Below, in pieces: positions 37,301-46,815 of a stretch of 64,000 nucleotides of DNA; the first letter of the stretch is position 1, and every line of letters begins with the position of its first letter. Location: NCBI GenBank assembly GCA_946500615.1, contig CAMMWP010000001.1, forward strand, positions 69,231 through 133,230. The letters are read 5' to 3'. The stretch comes from an uncultured Clostridium sp. (GTDB taxonomy: Bacteria; Bacillota; Clostridia; TANB77; CAG-508). The position numbers and the translations under genes were made by a program. The notes under the pieces are model-generated. The model searched no databases. It had not been told where the DNA came from and saw only the letters and a program-made list of their open reading frames with translations.

Positions 37301-40279
37301 TTGTACCTCTTTTAACATGATTACATTTTCTTCATATCTACTATCTTGTTCTGCATATTTTTCGGCAACCCTTAGCTTTTCTACAACATCTCCAGATAGA
37401 TATTGATCAGCAGTTTCCCAACCTGCAAAATCTTCATCAATTCCTTGCTTTGCAATTTCTGGATTATGGTAGATTAAACCTTTCAATTCTTCCAATACAT
37501 CATCATAATTTTTCCCACATAATCGCATTATATATTTTATATCTACCCTTCCTCTTTGGTTTATACTTGCTATTAATCCATCTTTTGCATTTTCCGTTTT
37601 TGTAATTTCTTTATATGGTCTGATTGTTCTTTTATGAAAAATGTCTGTTTTAACTATTTGTTTAGTTTCTTTATCTTCTCTTTCAAGCGATACTAAAATA
37701 GGATAGTCTGAGTCCTCTTTAAAAGCTAATCTATTTGCTCTATCTGATATATGACCATATTTCTTGATAAATTCATCATATATATAATTTAGATTATTTT
37801 GATATGCAACAATATCTTTATCTGGAACATCTGTATTTTCTATTTCAATTAAGTCTTTTAATGCTTTTCTTATTCGATTTAATCCTTTTATTCTTTCGGT
37901 TACATTTTTATTTTTATCTTGTTCCTGCAAATAATCATCTATTCTATAATAAATTCTTCCATTTATTTCTGTATATGTATAATTTTTTACTTTAGCATAT
38001 TTTTCTCCTACAGGGATATAATCTTTTTCATCTTCGATATAAATATTTCCTAACTCTCTCATATCAACAATATCTTTAGGTAACATTTTTAATGTATCCT
38101 CTAATTGTTCTTTTAAATCTCCATTTTCTACTACATCTAAAATATCGAAATTATCTGAAATTTCTATATTTCCTTTTATCATATATCTTTTATTGGCAAA
38201 ATAATCGTTTATATTAATATTGTTCTTAATTGTAAATGTATTTATCCAATCTTCTTTTTGTTCTAATTCCTTTCCCTTTTTCTGTAGGAATATGATATCT
38301 GATATTGCTTTTGTATTTGCTATTTCTTTAAATGCTGAACTAGGTAATCTGACTGCACCAATAAAATTTGCTTTTTGATTTATATATTCTCTTATACTAC
38401 TATCTTTTTTATCTAATGTAAATCTGCTTGTGATAAAAGCAATTATCCCTCCAGGTTTTACTTTATCTAATGTTTTTTCAAAGAAATAATCATGTATTTG
38501 CAAGTTATTGTCATAATTTTTGTCAAATACACCAAATTTTCCAAATGGAATATTACTGATTGCAAAATCATAATAATTATTGTTTAACTTTGTATCTTCA
38601 TATCCTTTTATTTGAACATCAGCATTTGTATATATTTTTTCTAATATTCTTCCAGATAAGCTATCTTTTTCAATGGCTGTAATCTTACTATTTTCAAACT
38701 CCTCTGGCAATCTACCCAAAAAATTTCCAACACCAGAAGATGGATCTAAAATTCTACATTTACCATGCATTCCAAATCTTTGTAATGCTTTATACATAAA
38801 ATCTATAATATATGGTTCTGTATAAAAAGATGTTAAAACACTTTCTTTGCAACTTTCAAATTCTTTTGGAGATAGTATTTCTTTTAATTCATAATACTTT
38901 TCTGAACTCTCCTCAAAAGCCTTTGAAAGACCTCCCCATCCATTATATTTTGCTAGTACAATTTTTTCTTCTTCTGTTGCCTCTCTATCTTCTCTTTCAA
39001 GTGTTTTCAATAATTTTATTGCCTCTATATTTTCTTCATATTTCTTTTTTAAACCAATACTATCCTCTTTTAAGTTATCTGGTATTTTAAAAGGAATAGG
39101 GGGTAATTCTATTTTTTCTTCTTTATCATTTTCTGTAAATGGATTTATAAGTGTTATCTCAGATATTTTATCTATATTATTTTCTTGTTCTTCAGATATT
39201 TGATTTATTGTTTCTTGTTGATTTTTTTCCAAATTAAAAAGAGTAGTTTGAACTACCCCTTCTTCATATCTTACATTTCTTTTACTTTTTCTTCTATCAT
39301 GTTGTTTATTATTTCCATTTTTAAACTTTGTATCATATTCTCGTATTGTGCTAACACTATAAATTCTTCCGTTTCTGGTTTTTGATACTCTGTTTTTAAT
39401 TGTTTTTCTATTGTTTCCTCTTGGTCTGCTATCTCCTGTGCGTATCTCTCCATTATCTCGTTGTATGTTCCCTCCATTATCAAATCTTGATATTTGATTG
39501 GTTTCATTTCCTCTAACATCTTGCCCATCTTCATTAATATCATTTCTTTCATCAATCATTACCTCCCTTTCTTGATTTTTTAATCTTTCTTTAATTTCTA
39601 ATTCTACCATTCTAATTAAATCGTAGCTACATTTGTTTACAATATACCCTAACCTTTTTATCACTCTTTCATCTCTTATGTTTTCATAGCCTGTCAATTC
39701 TGGTTGATGTTTCACACCACATCTATCCATAACGATTGTTTCTACACTTTCAATAAAAGCACCTAAAAAATCATCATTATATACTTGTTCTTGTGTCAAA
39801 TTTATCTTTTCATAAAAGTCATTTTCACTTAAAAGATTAGTTAAATAACTGTCAATGATATTACTTAGTTCTATCTCTGTATTATTCATCATAGTTATAT
39901 TCAGTTTGTCCAATAAAATATTTATACTTTCTTTTTCTGTTGTTTCCCATAGTTTAAAATCTATATTTTGTTTGCTATTGGTATCTTTTACATCAAATAC
40001 AGAGTTTAGATATAATCTACCATTTTTACTATATATCGTTTTCAGACTTTTTGAATATGGCTTAACATATCTTCCAACCTTTTTCCAATCATCATATGTT
40101 GCACAAGCTGTTATATTCTTATCTTGAGAATATAGCAATAAAATTTCGTGAAACTTATATTTGTAGAATTTAGAATTAAATTTTAAAAATTCTTTCCATT
40201 CTGCACTATTACCAATTAAGTTAGACAATCCTTTTTTGTATAACTCTACTGCCTCTTTAATATCTTTTAATTGTTCCAC
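34364..40279 (-). CDS. Giant fusion protein: ArdC-like N-terminal domain + N6-adenine DNA methyltransferase + SNF2/DEAD helicase
   Basis: 1971 aa. MTase motif [12 protein letters not shown] and motif IV NIPFG. Helicase motifs [11 protein letters not shown] (I), [11 protein letters not shown] (II) and [11 protein letters not shown] (VI). N-terminal WKEFLKF...[12 protein letters not shown] is ArdC-like. Confidence 0.85.
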
Positions 40280-40343
40280 TAATTCCTCCTTAATTTAATA
40301 TTAGCATATTATTTTTTTGCTTTCAGCCCATTTTCAAATTTTT

Positions 40344-41624
40344 TTATTCTAGTTCCATGTCTTGTTCTTTTTCTGCTACTTCTTCTAAAATTTTAATATA
40401 GAATTCTTTCATATTTTCGATATTTTTTATTGCCGTTTCTTTGCTACATAAATCTTTTGAATAATAATAATCTGATTGCTCATTAGGAAATACGATTGTT
40501 GTCTTATATCTGTTCTTACTTAATTCATCAATCGTAACAAAAGCAACATCTATACCAACTTGTTCTAAAATATCTTTATACATATTTGCAAATAATTCTT
40601 TCTTATTAACAGTTTTATGTCTGTCTGGGTTTTCCATATCTTCGAGTTCATTGAATGTATAATAATTTTCTACAATCCCTTTTATATCAACACTTTTAAT
40701 TTTTTCTATTTTTTTCACTGTCTCATTTTTTAATAATTCTTTATAAGATTCATCTATACTTTTTATGTTATGATATACTATATCAGAGTCATCTTTAGAT
40801 TTTGTATCAATTTCTATACTGTAATCTTTATTAAAATCAATTACTGTAACATATTTTCCACCTCTTACTTCTTCTGTAGAAATGTTATCATACTTTATTC
40901 TTAAACAATCCAAAATTCTTTCATACATACTGGAAATAGTCGGCATATTTTCTGCATCTCTATCCTCTCCATAATCCATTAAATTTTGAATATCGTAATA
41001 ATCAAAATAAAAATCCACCACATCTTTAATATTGGCTTTTCCATATTCCATTCTTTCAACTTTTAACTCATAATAGTCTAGTAACGTTTCTAAGATATAT
41101 TTATAATTTTCATCTATTTCATAAAAGTCTGTCATAGGACTTGTATATAGTGAAATATAATCTTCATCATCATAATATTCTTTAATTTCTTCAATTAAAT
41201 CTTCTGTTTCGTTAATAATATCTTCTCGTTCTTCCTCACTGATATTAGCCTTATTTTCTTTAAAATATTTTATAATATCTTCTAAATGTTTAATTACTTT
41301 TCTTACTAAGCCAAAAACATCTTCTCCATTATCTTTAAGTACATCATCAACAACTAATTTTGCATACTTATTTACTTTTTCTTTTAATTGTTCCTCTTGC
41401 ACTAAATCTGAAAATTCTGTTTCTTCATCTTGTGTAGCATAATATAATGTTCTTTTTTCTTTACTATCTTGCACCTCTAAAGAAACATAATTTTGAGAAT
41501 CCATTATTTTTTTTGCCTTTTCTATTGTTTCTTCTATATTTGATAACCCACTTTCAATAATATTTGATATTCCTTGTTCTCTTTCTTCTTTCGTCTCCCA
41601 TACTTTTATGATATATTTCGGCAT
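40344..41624 (-). CDS. Acidic hypothetical protein (426 aa)
   Basis: Long clean ORF, D/E/Y-rich. Ends EQDMELE. Confidence 0.5.
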   Translation of the reverse strand: MPKYIIKVWETKEEREQGISNIIESGLSNIEETIEKAKKIMDSQNYVSLEVQDSKEKRTLYYATQDEETEFSDLVQEEQLKEKVNKYAKLVVDDVLKDNGEDVFGLVRKVIKHLEDIIKYFKENKANISEEEREDIINETEDLIEEIKEYYDDEDYISLYTSPMTDFYEIDENYKYILETLLDYYELKVERMEYGKANIKDVVDFYFDYYDIQNLMDYGEDRDAENMPTISSMYERILDCLRIKYDNISTEEVRGGKYVTVIDFNKDYSIEIDTKSKDDSDIVYHNIKSIDESYKELLKNETVKKIEKIKSVDIKGIVENYYTFNELEDMENPDRHKTVNKKELFANMYKDILEQVGIDVAFVTIDELSKNRYKTTIVFPNEQSDYYYSKDLCSKETAIKNIENMKEFYIKILEEVAEKEQDMELE

Positions 41625-41645
41625 AAACCTTTCTTTCCTTTCTTT

Positions 41646-42071
41646 CTATTCTCTCTTTAATAATTTTTTTCTTATTGCACATGAAAAGATATGCTTGATA
41701 ATAATATCTTGCATATCTTTTTGTTCCTTCTTATTTACTTGCAATTTTTCTGTTATTTCCTCTATATTTGCATTATTAAAATATTTTAAACAAATATATT
41801 GATATTTAATAACATCAAATTTTTTATACTTTTCTAATATTTCACTTATTAATTCTTTCCATGCTTCTAATTTTAAGATAGTACGATTATTTTCCATTTC
41901 TATTATTTTATCTTCTAGTGTTATTCCATTATTTGTTTTTGATTTAATCCAATTACTATATCCTAATTGCAGATGTTCTGCTATACTATTTTTTATATCT
42001 TTAATGCTAGTATCTATATTTTTATACTTGTATAAATATTTTTCTATTTTTTTGTATATATCTCTATTCAA
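41646..42071 (-). CDS. Small regulator candidate (ArpU/RinA/sigma-like)
   Basis: 141 aa. MNRDIYKKIEKYLYKYKNIDTSIKDIK resembles the N-terminus of phage late activators. Weak call. Confidence 0.3.
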   Translation of the reverse strand: MNRDIYKKIEKYLYKYKNIDTSIKDIKNSIAEHLQLGYSNWIKSKTNNGITLEDKIIEMENNRTILKLEAWKELISEILEKYKKFDVIKYQYICLKYFNNANIEEITEKLQVNKKEQKDMQDIIIKHIFSCAIRKKLLKRE

Positions 42072-42579
42072 TAATTACCCCTTTAACTTTCAATCTACTA
42101 TTAACGATATATGCTAACATTTCTTCTAGTGAATTAAAAATACAAACATCTACATCATTATTTTTTTCAAAAGTAAGGATCAATCTTTCTTTATCTTTAA
42201 AAAACACACAATTATAATCTTTATATATAAAATTAGATAAAATTACATCTTTACAAGTATTTTCCTCAAAATCTGCTTTATCTTCAGAAATTAATTCTTT
42301 TAATTCATCAATTTCCATTGTTTCCAAATCTTCTATTGTAATTTCTTCACACTCTAGTAAATTTAAAATTCTCCCAACAATTTCTCCACCATCAATATTA
42401 GAATAATACCAACATTCTATGGCTGATTTTGCAATTATTTCTTCTTCTTTCAAGGTTGTTATCTTTAGTTCTTCATATTCTGGCAATAAACTTTCCAATT
42501 CATGTATCATATACAATTCTCCTAAAATTTCTTTTGTATCCTTTGACATTTCATAATATTTTTTAAATATATTTCTCAT
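42064..42579 (-). CDS. Hypothetical protein (171 aa)
   Basis: Clean ORF that overlaps both neighbours. Confidence 0.45.
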   Translation of the reverse strand: MRNIFKKYYEMSKDTKEILGELYMIHELESLLPEYEELKITTLKEEEIIAKSAIECWYYSNIDGGEIVGRILNLLECEEITIEDLETMEIDELKELISEDKADFEENTCKDVILSNFIYKDYNCVFFKDKERLILTFEKNNDVDVCIFNSLEEMLAYIVNSRLKVKGVIIE

Positions 42580-43426
42580 TTTTTTCCTCCAATTCTTGAT
42601 TTTTCATATTACAAATAAGAGTATTCAGAAAATTTTCCGAATACTCTCTTTGATTATATGTATTTGATTGTAACTTTTGTTTATCTTTGAATTTCTTATA
42701 ATTCTCCTGTTCTTTTTCCATTTCTCTTATCCTTGTTGTAACCCACCTCAGTATTGCTGCATAATCATTATCATAAACTTGTCCTTTAGCTTGTTTATAT
42801 AAGTTTAGTTGTTCAATAAGTTGGTCTGTTACTTTACTACCGTATTGTTTTAATAAATCATCATATTCAATCTGTGTCATAAAAACTTTATCTGCAAATT
42901 GCTTTTTTTCTTCAGTTATTTCTTCGTGTGTGTGTTCTTCATTATTATTTTTTTTATTATTTATATTATTATTATTTATATCAATATTATTAACATTTTG
43001 TTGTTCATCACATCTATCACTAGATGTTTCTTCTGTTGATGTCTTGTCATTCATCTCGTGAACTACTGGATTTTCTGGGAATAATTTAGCTTTTTTTAGA
43101 TATTCGATTACTTTTTCTTCATTAATCTTATAATAAGTCTTACATGGGATCCCTTTCCTAATTGTTTGTATAATTTCCTTTTCTTCAAGATTTTTCATTG
43201 CTATTCTTTGAAAATGAGGTGTAATACCTGTATTTTTTTGAATATTCTCTCTTGTAGAATAAAAGTATCCTTCATCTTCTAATTTTTCTAAATTCGCCCA
43301 GTAATTATACTCACTACATAATTCTCCTAAAATAACTGCCTCATTTAATCCTAATATCTGTATTAAATCCTTATTAACAATTATGTACTTACTACTAGCT
43401 AAAAGACTTGCTAAAATCATTATCAT
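42563..43426 (-). CDS. DnaD/replisome-organiser-like replication protein
   Basis: N-terminal winged-helix-like region and C-terminal ...YDDLLKQYGSKVTDQLIEQLNLYKQAKGQVYDNDYAAILRWV (DnaD/DnaB_2-like). N-rich linker between them. Confidence 0.5.
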   Translation of the reverse strand: MIMILASLLASSKYIIVNKDLIQILGLNEAVILGELCSEYNYWANLEKLEDEGYFYSTRENIQKNTGITPHFQRIAMKNLEEKEIIQTIRKGIPCKTYYKINEEKVIEYLKKAKLFPENPVVHEMNDKTSTEETSSDRCDEQQNVNNIDINNNNINNKKNNNEEHTHEEITEEKKQFADKVFMTQIEYDDLLKQYGSKVTDQLIEQLNLYKQAKGQVYDNDYAAILRWVTTRIREMEKEQENYKKFKDKQKLQSNTYNQREYSENFLNTLICNMKNQELEEKNEKYI

Positions 43427-43444
43427 CTACCTCCTACAGACAGA

Positions 43445-43633
43445 CTATAATTTTCTAAAATAGTTTACAATTTCTTTTTTTATTTTTCCTTCTGATTTAT
43501 CGTAATTTTTGAAAAATTCTATTTTTGCCTTGGTTTTGTCTTTATAAAAATTACAATGTTCTTTTTTACAATACAATTCATTTAATGCAAAACAAGTATT
43601 ATTTTCTTTATATGCAAAGCAACGAGTATTCAA
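43445..43633 (-). CDS. Small Cys-containing protein (62 aa)
   Basis: TTG start right after the upstream stop. CFAYKENNTCFALNELYCKKEHC. Confidence 0.35.
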   Translation of the reverse strand: MNTRCFAYKENNTCFALNELYCKKEHCNFYKDKTKAKIEFFKNYDKSEGKIKKEIVNYFRKL

Positions 43634-43634
43634 G

Positions 43635-44516
43635 CTATTCCACCTCCATTTCTGTATCTATTTCAGAATCTGGAGATAGTATATTAGTTATAATATGTTC
43701 ATTTTCATAACTAATTATATCTGTAAATACTGTTATCTCATTTTGTATATCTCTATCTAATTTTAATGTCTTATCTTCTGCATTTATATCTATTACTGTT
43801 GCTATATCACAATATTTAGTTTGTATTTTATCTCCAATCTTTATGTCTTTAGGCATTTCTAAATTATCTTGTGAAAATATATCTGCTACTGCTATTTGCA
43901 TATATTCTTTAAATAAATCATAATTATCTTGATTTTTATATGTTAATAAAATATTCTTATTTAATATTTCTTTTGTAATTACATCAATATGATTTTTTAT
44001 ATATACTAATATATCATTACTAAATATTTTTCTAACTGATGGTGTAATTGCATTAATTATGACTTTGTTGCTTTTAGTATCATACTTTATGCTAAAACAC
44101 CTTTTTAAAATAATATCTGCCAACATTTTATCTTTTGACTGATAATATTCCACATTTAGTTCATTAATTGTGGAAATAAACATAGCTATTCCATCATCAA
44201 ACTCTGTTATAAAATTTCCTCTAGGGTGTAAATGTCTTGTAACATATCCTATATCTTCTTTTCTTATTTCTTGAATGACATTTCTTAAAGCAGTTTTATC
44301 TTGATGTAACAATTCTTGTTTATATACTTTCAAAAAACCATTTATAAACCTATCTCTATCTTTATTATCTAATCTCTTGATTTCGTTAATAAAAATCGAT
44401 ATTAATTCATCTTCTGACATATTCATTGAATTATTTAATAAAGTTTCATTAGTAAAAAAATTTGTATTCTTTACTAAATCTTTAATTTCATTATCTGTCA
44501 TTTTCCATATCCTCAC
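43635..44516 (-). CDS. Hypothetical protein (293 aa)
   Basis: Clean ORF. Ends DTEMEVE. Confidence 0.5.
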   Translation of the reverse strand: MRIWKMTDNEIKDLVKNTNFFTNETLLNNSMNMSEDELISIFINEIKRLDNKDRDRFINGFLKVYKQELLHQDKTALRNVIQEIRKEDIGYVTRHLHPRGNFITEFDDGIAMFISTINELNVEYYQSKDKMLADIILKRCFSIKYDTKSNKVIINAITPSVRKIFSNDILVYIKNHIDVITKEILNKNILLTYKNQDNYDLFKEYMQIAVADIFSQDNLEMPKDIKIGDKIQTKYCDIATVIDINAEDKTLKLDRDIQNEITVFTDIISYENEHIITNILSPDSEIDTEMEVE

Positions 44517-44604
44517 TTTTCTTTCCTAAAAATATAATTGCATATAAAAAAAGACTTATATTAGCACCTAATACAAGTCCTATGATTATTCCTAACCAAA
44601 ACAT
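44491..44604 (-). CDS. Candidate 37-aa single-TM peptide (first ORF at the right end of the ICE)
   Basis: SD GGAGAT at 44615-44620, ATG at 44604. MFWLGIIIGLVLGANISLFLYAIIFLGKKSEDMENDR. Overlaps the next start. Not in the ORF track because it is under 60 aa. Confidence 0.3.
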   Translation of the reverse strand: MFWLGIIIGLVLGANISLFLYAIIFLGKKSEDMENDR

Positions 44605-44679
44605 AATAATTAATATCTCCTTTTTTATTTTTCAAATCGCTATAAGCCAGTAATTAACGAACAATCTGCCATTTTTTAT

Positions 44680-44781
44680 ATCTAAAAATTTTTTAAAAAA
44701 AGTCATAAATTTTGGGTTTTTTTAGTGTTTTTTTTACTTTTTTTCAATTTTATCTAAAAAATATCTAAAAAATCTAAAAAA
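44680..44781. repeat. ATCTAAAAAA motif cluster (candidate arm-type sites), right end of the ICE
   Basis: A 9/10 copy at 44680-44688, and three tandem copies at 44752-44761, 44763-44772 and 44772-44781. Confidence 0.5.
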
Positions 44782-44911
44782 ACTTTATCTCTTTATTTTC
44801 TCCTATTATCTTTTATATTAGTATTTTAACCTTCAATTTTGCTTGATTTTCTAGGTATTAACTAACACTAATTAACAACAGTTAACATTAGTAGTTAAAT
44901 AGGTTCACTGA

Positions 44912-44956
44912 CTTCTAAGCCTGGGGTCGGGGGTTCGAACCCCTCCTGGCTCACCA
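44912..44956 (+). pseudogene. 3' half of the split host tRNA-Arg(UCU) (attR side)
   Basis: CTTCTAA-GCCTG-GGGTC-GGGGG-TTCGAAC-CCCTC-CTGGCTC-A-CCA. Together with 3142-3181 it rebuilds a perfect 77-nt cloverleaf. Confidence 0.85.
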
Positions 44957-44997
44957 AAGCATTATTATACGAACCCTTTAAAAAGCTAGTAGTATAC

Positions 44998-45037
44998 AAA
45001 ATATCCTTAGCAGTGTTAAAAACCGCTAAGGATATTT
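44998..45037. terminator. Hairpin between the tRNA fragment and the convergent pentapeptide gene
   Basis: AAATATCCTTAGC ... GCTAAGGATATTT, a 13-bp stem. Confidence 0.45.
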
Positions 45038-45129
45038 GCTTACATTAAAAAGTTTACCTATTATGTATACGATAGAAATATCAAATAGATCGAAACTGAA
45101 AGAAATTAAAAAAAGGGATCACAATCTTA

Positions 45130-45768
45130 TTATTTAATCTTAATCCCTAATAAATTTGATAACTCTAAAGCTTGAAACGCATTTACAATAGCACCATTCA
45201 AATCTGGAATACCTACCGTAATTCCCTTCAACTCACAATCTGAAAAATCAATTCCTTTTAATCTCGTTCTCATAAATTCCATTTTAGTTAAATCACATCG
45301 ACAAAACATCATATCTTTCCATACAACTTCGTTCATACTGCCATTTTGCAAATTTGTTTCTTCTAATTTTACATCTTTTAAACTTGCATCTGAAAAATTT
45401 ACATATGCAAAATTAGACTCTTTTATATAGGTATCAACTATATCTGTTTCTATCCATTCAGAACCAGTTAATTTGCAATTTACAAATTCTACTTTGTTAA
45501 AGCCTGCTTTACTAAAATTTGAATTTGAAAAATCGCAATTATGAAATATAACATTAGAAAAATAAGCATTTTTAAAATTTGATTGTATACATTTACATGA
45601 TTCAAATATACAATTTCTAAATTCATATTTTTGTGCCTCTATATTTTCTTCTTCTATATTTCTAAATTTTTTCTCTCGTATATCGTAATGATCACTATTT
45701 TCTTTTATCTGTTCTTTTAAATCAGTCTCTTCATTTATTTCCATTAATTCTGGTCTTAGTAATTTCAT
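45130..45768 (-). CDS. Pentapeptide-repeat protein
   Basis: Repeated A(D/N)(L/F)xx pattern: NFKNAYFSNVIFHNCDFSNSNFSKAGFNKVEFVNCKLTGS.... Confidence 0.85.
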   Translation of the reverse strand: MKLLRPELMEINEETDLKEQIKENSDHYDIREKKFRNIEEENIEAQKYEFRNCIFESCKCIQSNFKNAYFSNVIFHNCDFSNSNFSKAGFNKVEFVNCKLTGSEWIETDIVDTYIKESNFAYVNFSDASLKDVKLEETNLQNGSMNEVVWKDMMFCRCDLTKMEFMRTRLKGIDFSDCELKGITVGIPDLNGAIVNAFQALELSNLLGIKIK

Positions 45769-45868
45769 TTTATCACCTTATATATTATAATTCTCAATTC
45801 TATTTTACTAATATTTTTATAACGAATCAATATTTAGGCAATACTTTTTGATAGTTTATGGCAAATTG

Positions 45869-46186
45869 TTACTCTTTATATCTTTGAATATTTTGCATAA
45901 ATTCCTCTAATGATGCTACTTTACTAATTTCTTCTTTTTCTTTTATAGTACTTAATAAATATTCCATATATTTATCAACGATATCTGTTGATGTTTTCTT
46001 ATTCATTCCCTTTGCATAAATATACTTATTCACATATTTATGAACATTATTTTCCATAATAGTTGTATTAGATTCTAAATGTTGTAATGTCAAAAGTGAA
46101 AATTCTTTTACTGAATAGTAGTCCCCATAACTAATGCAAGCTATTATTTTCTTCAAAAAATCTATATATTCTTTATTATTTATCAT
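45869..46186 (-). CDS. Hypothetical protein (105 aa)
   Basis: Clean ORF. I recognise no motif. Confidence 0.4.
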   Translation of the reverse strand: MINNKEYIDFLKKIIACISYGDYYSVKEFSLLTLQHLESNTTIMENNVHKYVNKYIYAKGMNKKTSTDIVDKYMEYLLSTIKEKEEISKVASLEEFMQNIQRYKE

Positions 46187-46388
46187 TTCTCATTATATCT
46201 CCACCTATTTTTTCTTATGTATAACAAAAAGTTATACATATCGTTTTCCTTATATTATCATTTACCTTTATATTTTTCAAGCTTTTTGGAATATTTTTAA
46301 GAATAATTGATTATAGTATTACTGTGTTTAAGATTAGCTCTCAGCTTGTTATACTTATAATAATACTTTTAAATTATGGAGGAATAAA

Positions 46389-46730
46389 ATGAATTCTGTT
46401 TCAAAAAATGATATTAACACTTCTTTTGGAAAGGTATTAAAAGATTTTAGAGTAAAAAAAGGCTATACACAAGAAACTATGGCAGAACACCTAGGAATTT
46501 CATTAAAATATATTTCTAGAATTGAAAACGGATATAGCGGAATTAAAACCAGAACTTTAATAAACTATATGAATATTTTAGGTATTAGTCCAAATACTAT
46601 TTTCAAAGATTTTATTACCAATAAAGATATTGAAAAACAAGTGAAAATGTCTGAAAAGTTAAACCAGTTATCTGAAGGAAAAGTTAATTTTGTAGATAAT
46701 ATAATTGATTTGTTAAATGATGTTAAATAA
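46389..46730 (+). CDS. XRE-family HTH regulator
   Basis: FGKVLKDFRVKKGYTQETMAEHLGISLKYISRIENG. Confidence 0.8.
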   Translation: MNSVSKNDINTSFGKVLKDFRVKKGYTQETMAEHLGISLKYISRIENGYSGIKTRTLINYMNILGISPNTIFKDFITNKDIEKQVKMSEKLNQLSEGKVNFVDNIIDLLNDVK

Positions 46731-46777
46731 AGTCCACATATACTAATGTATTAAAGCTCTAAAAAAGCATATAGAGA

Positions 46778-46805
46778 GGGTGTTCAATCTTGAACACCCT
46801 TTTTA
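46778..46805 (+). terminator. Rho-independent terminator
   Basis: GGGTGTTCAA-TC-TTGAACACCC followed by TTTTTAT. Confidence 0.7.
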
Positions 46806-46815
46806 TGATTTCCTA

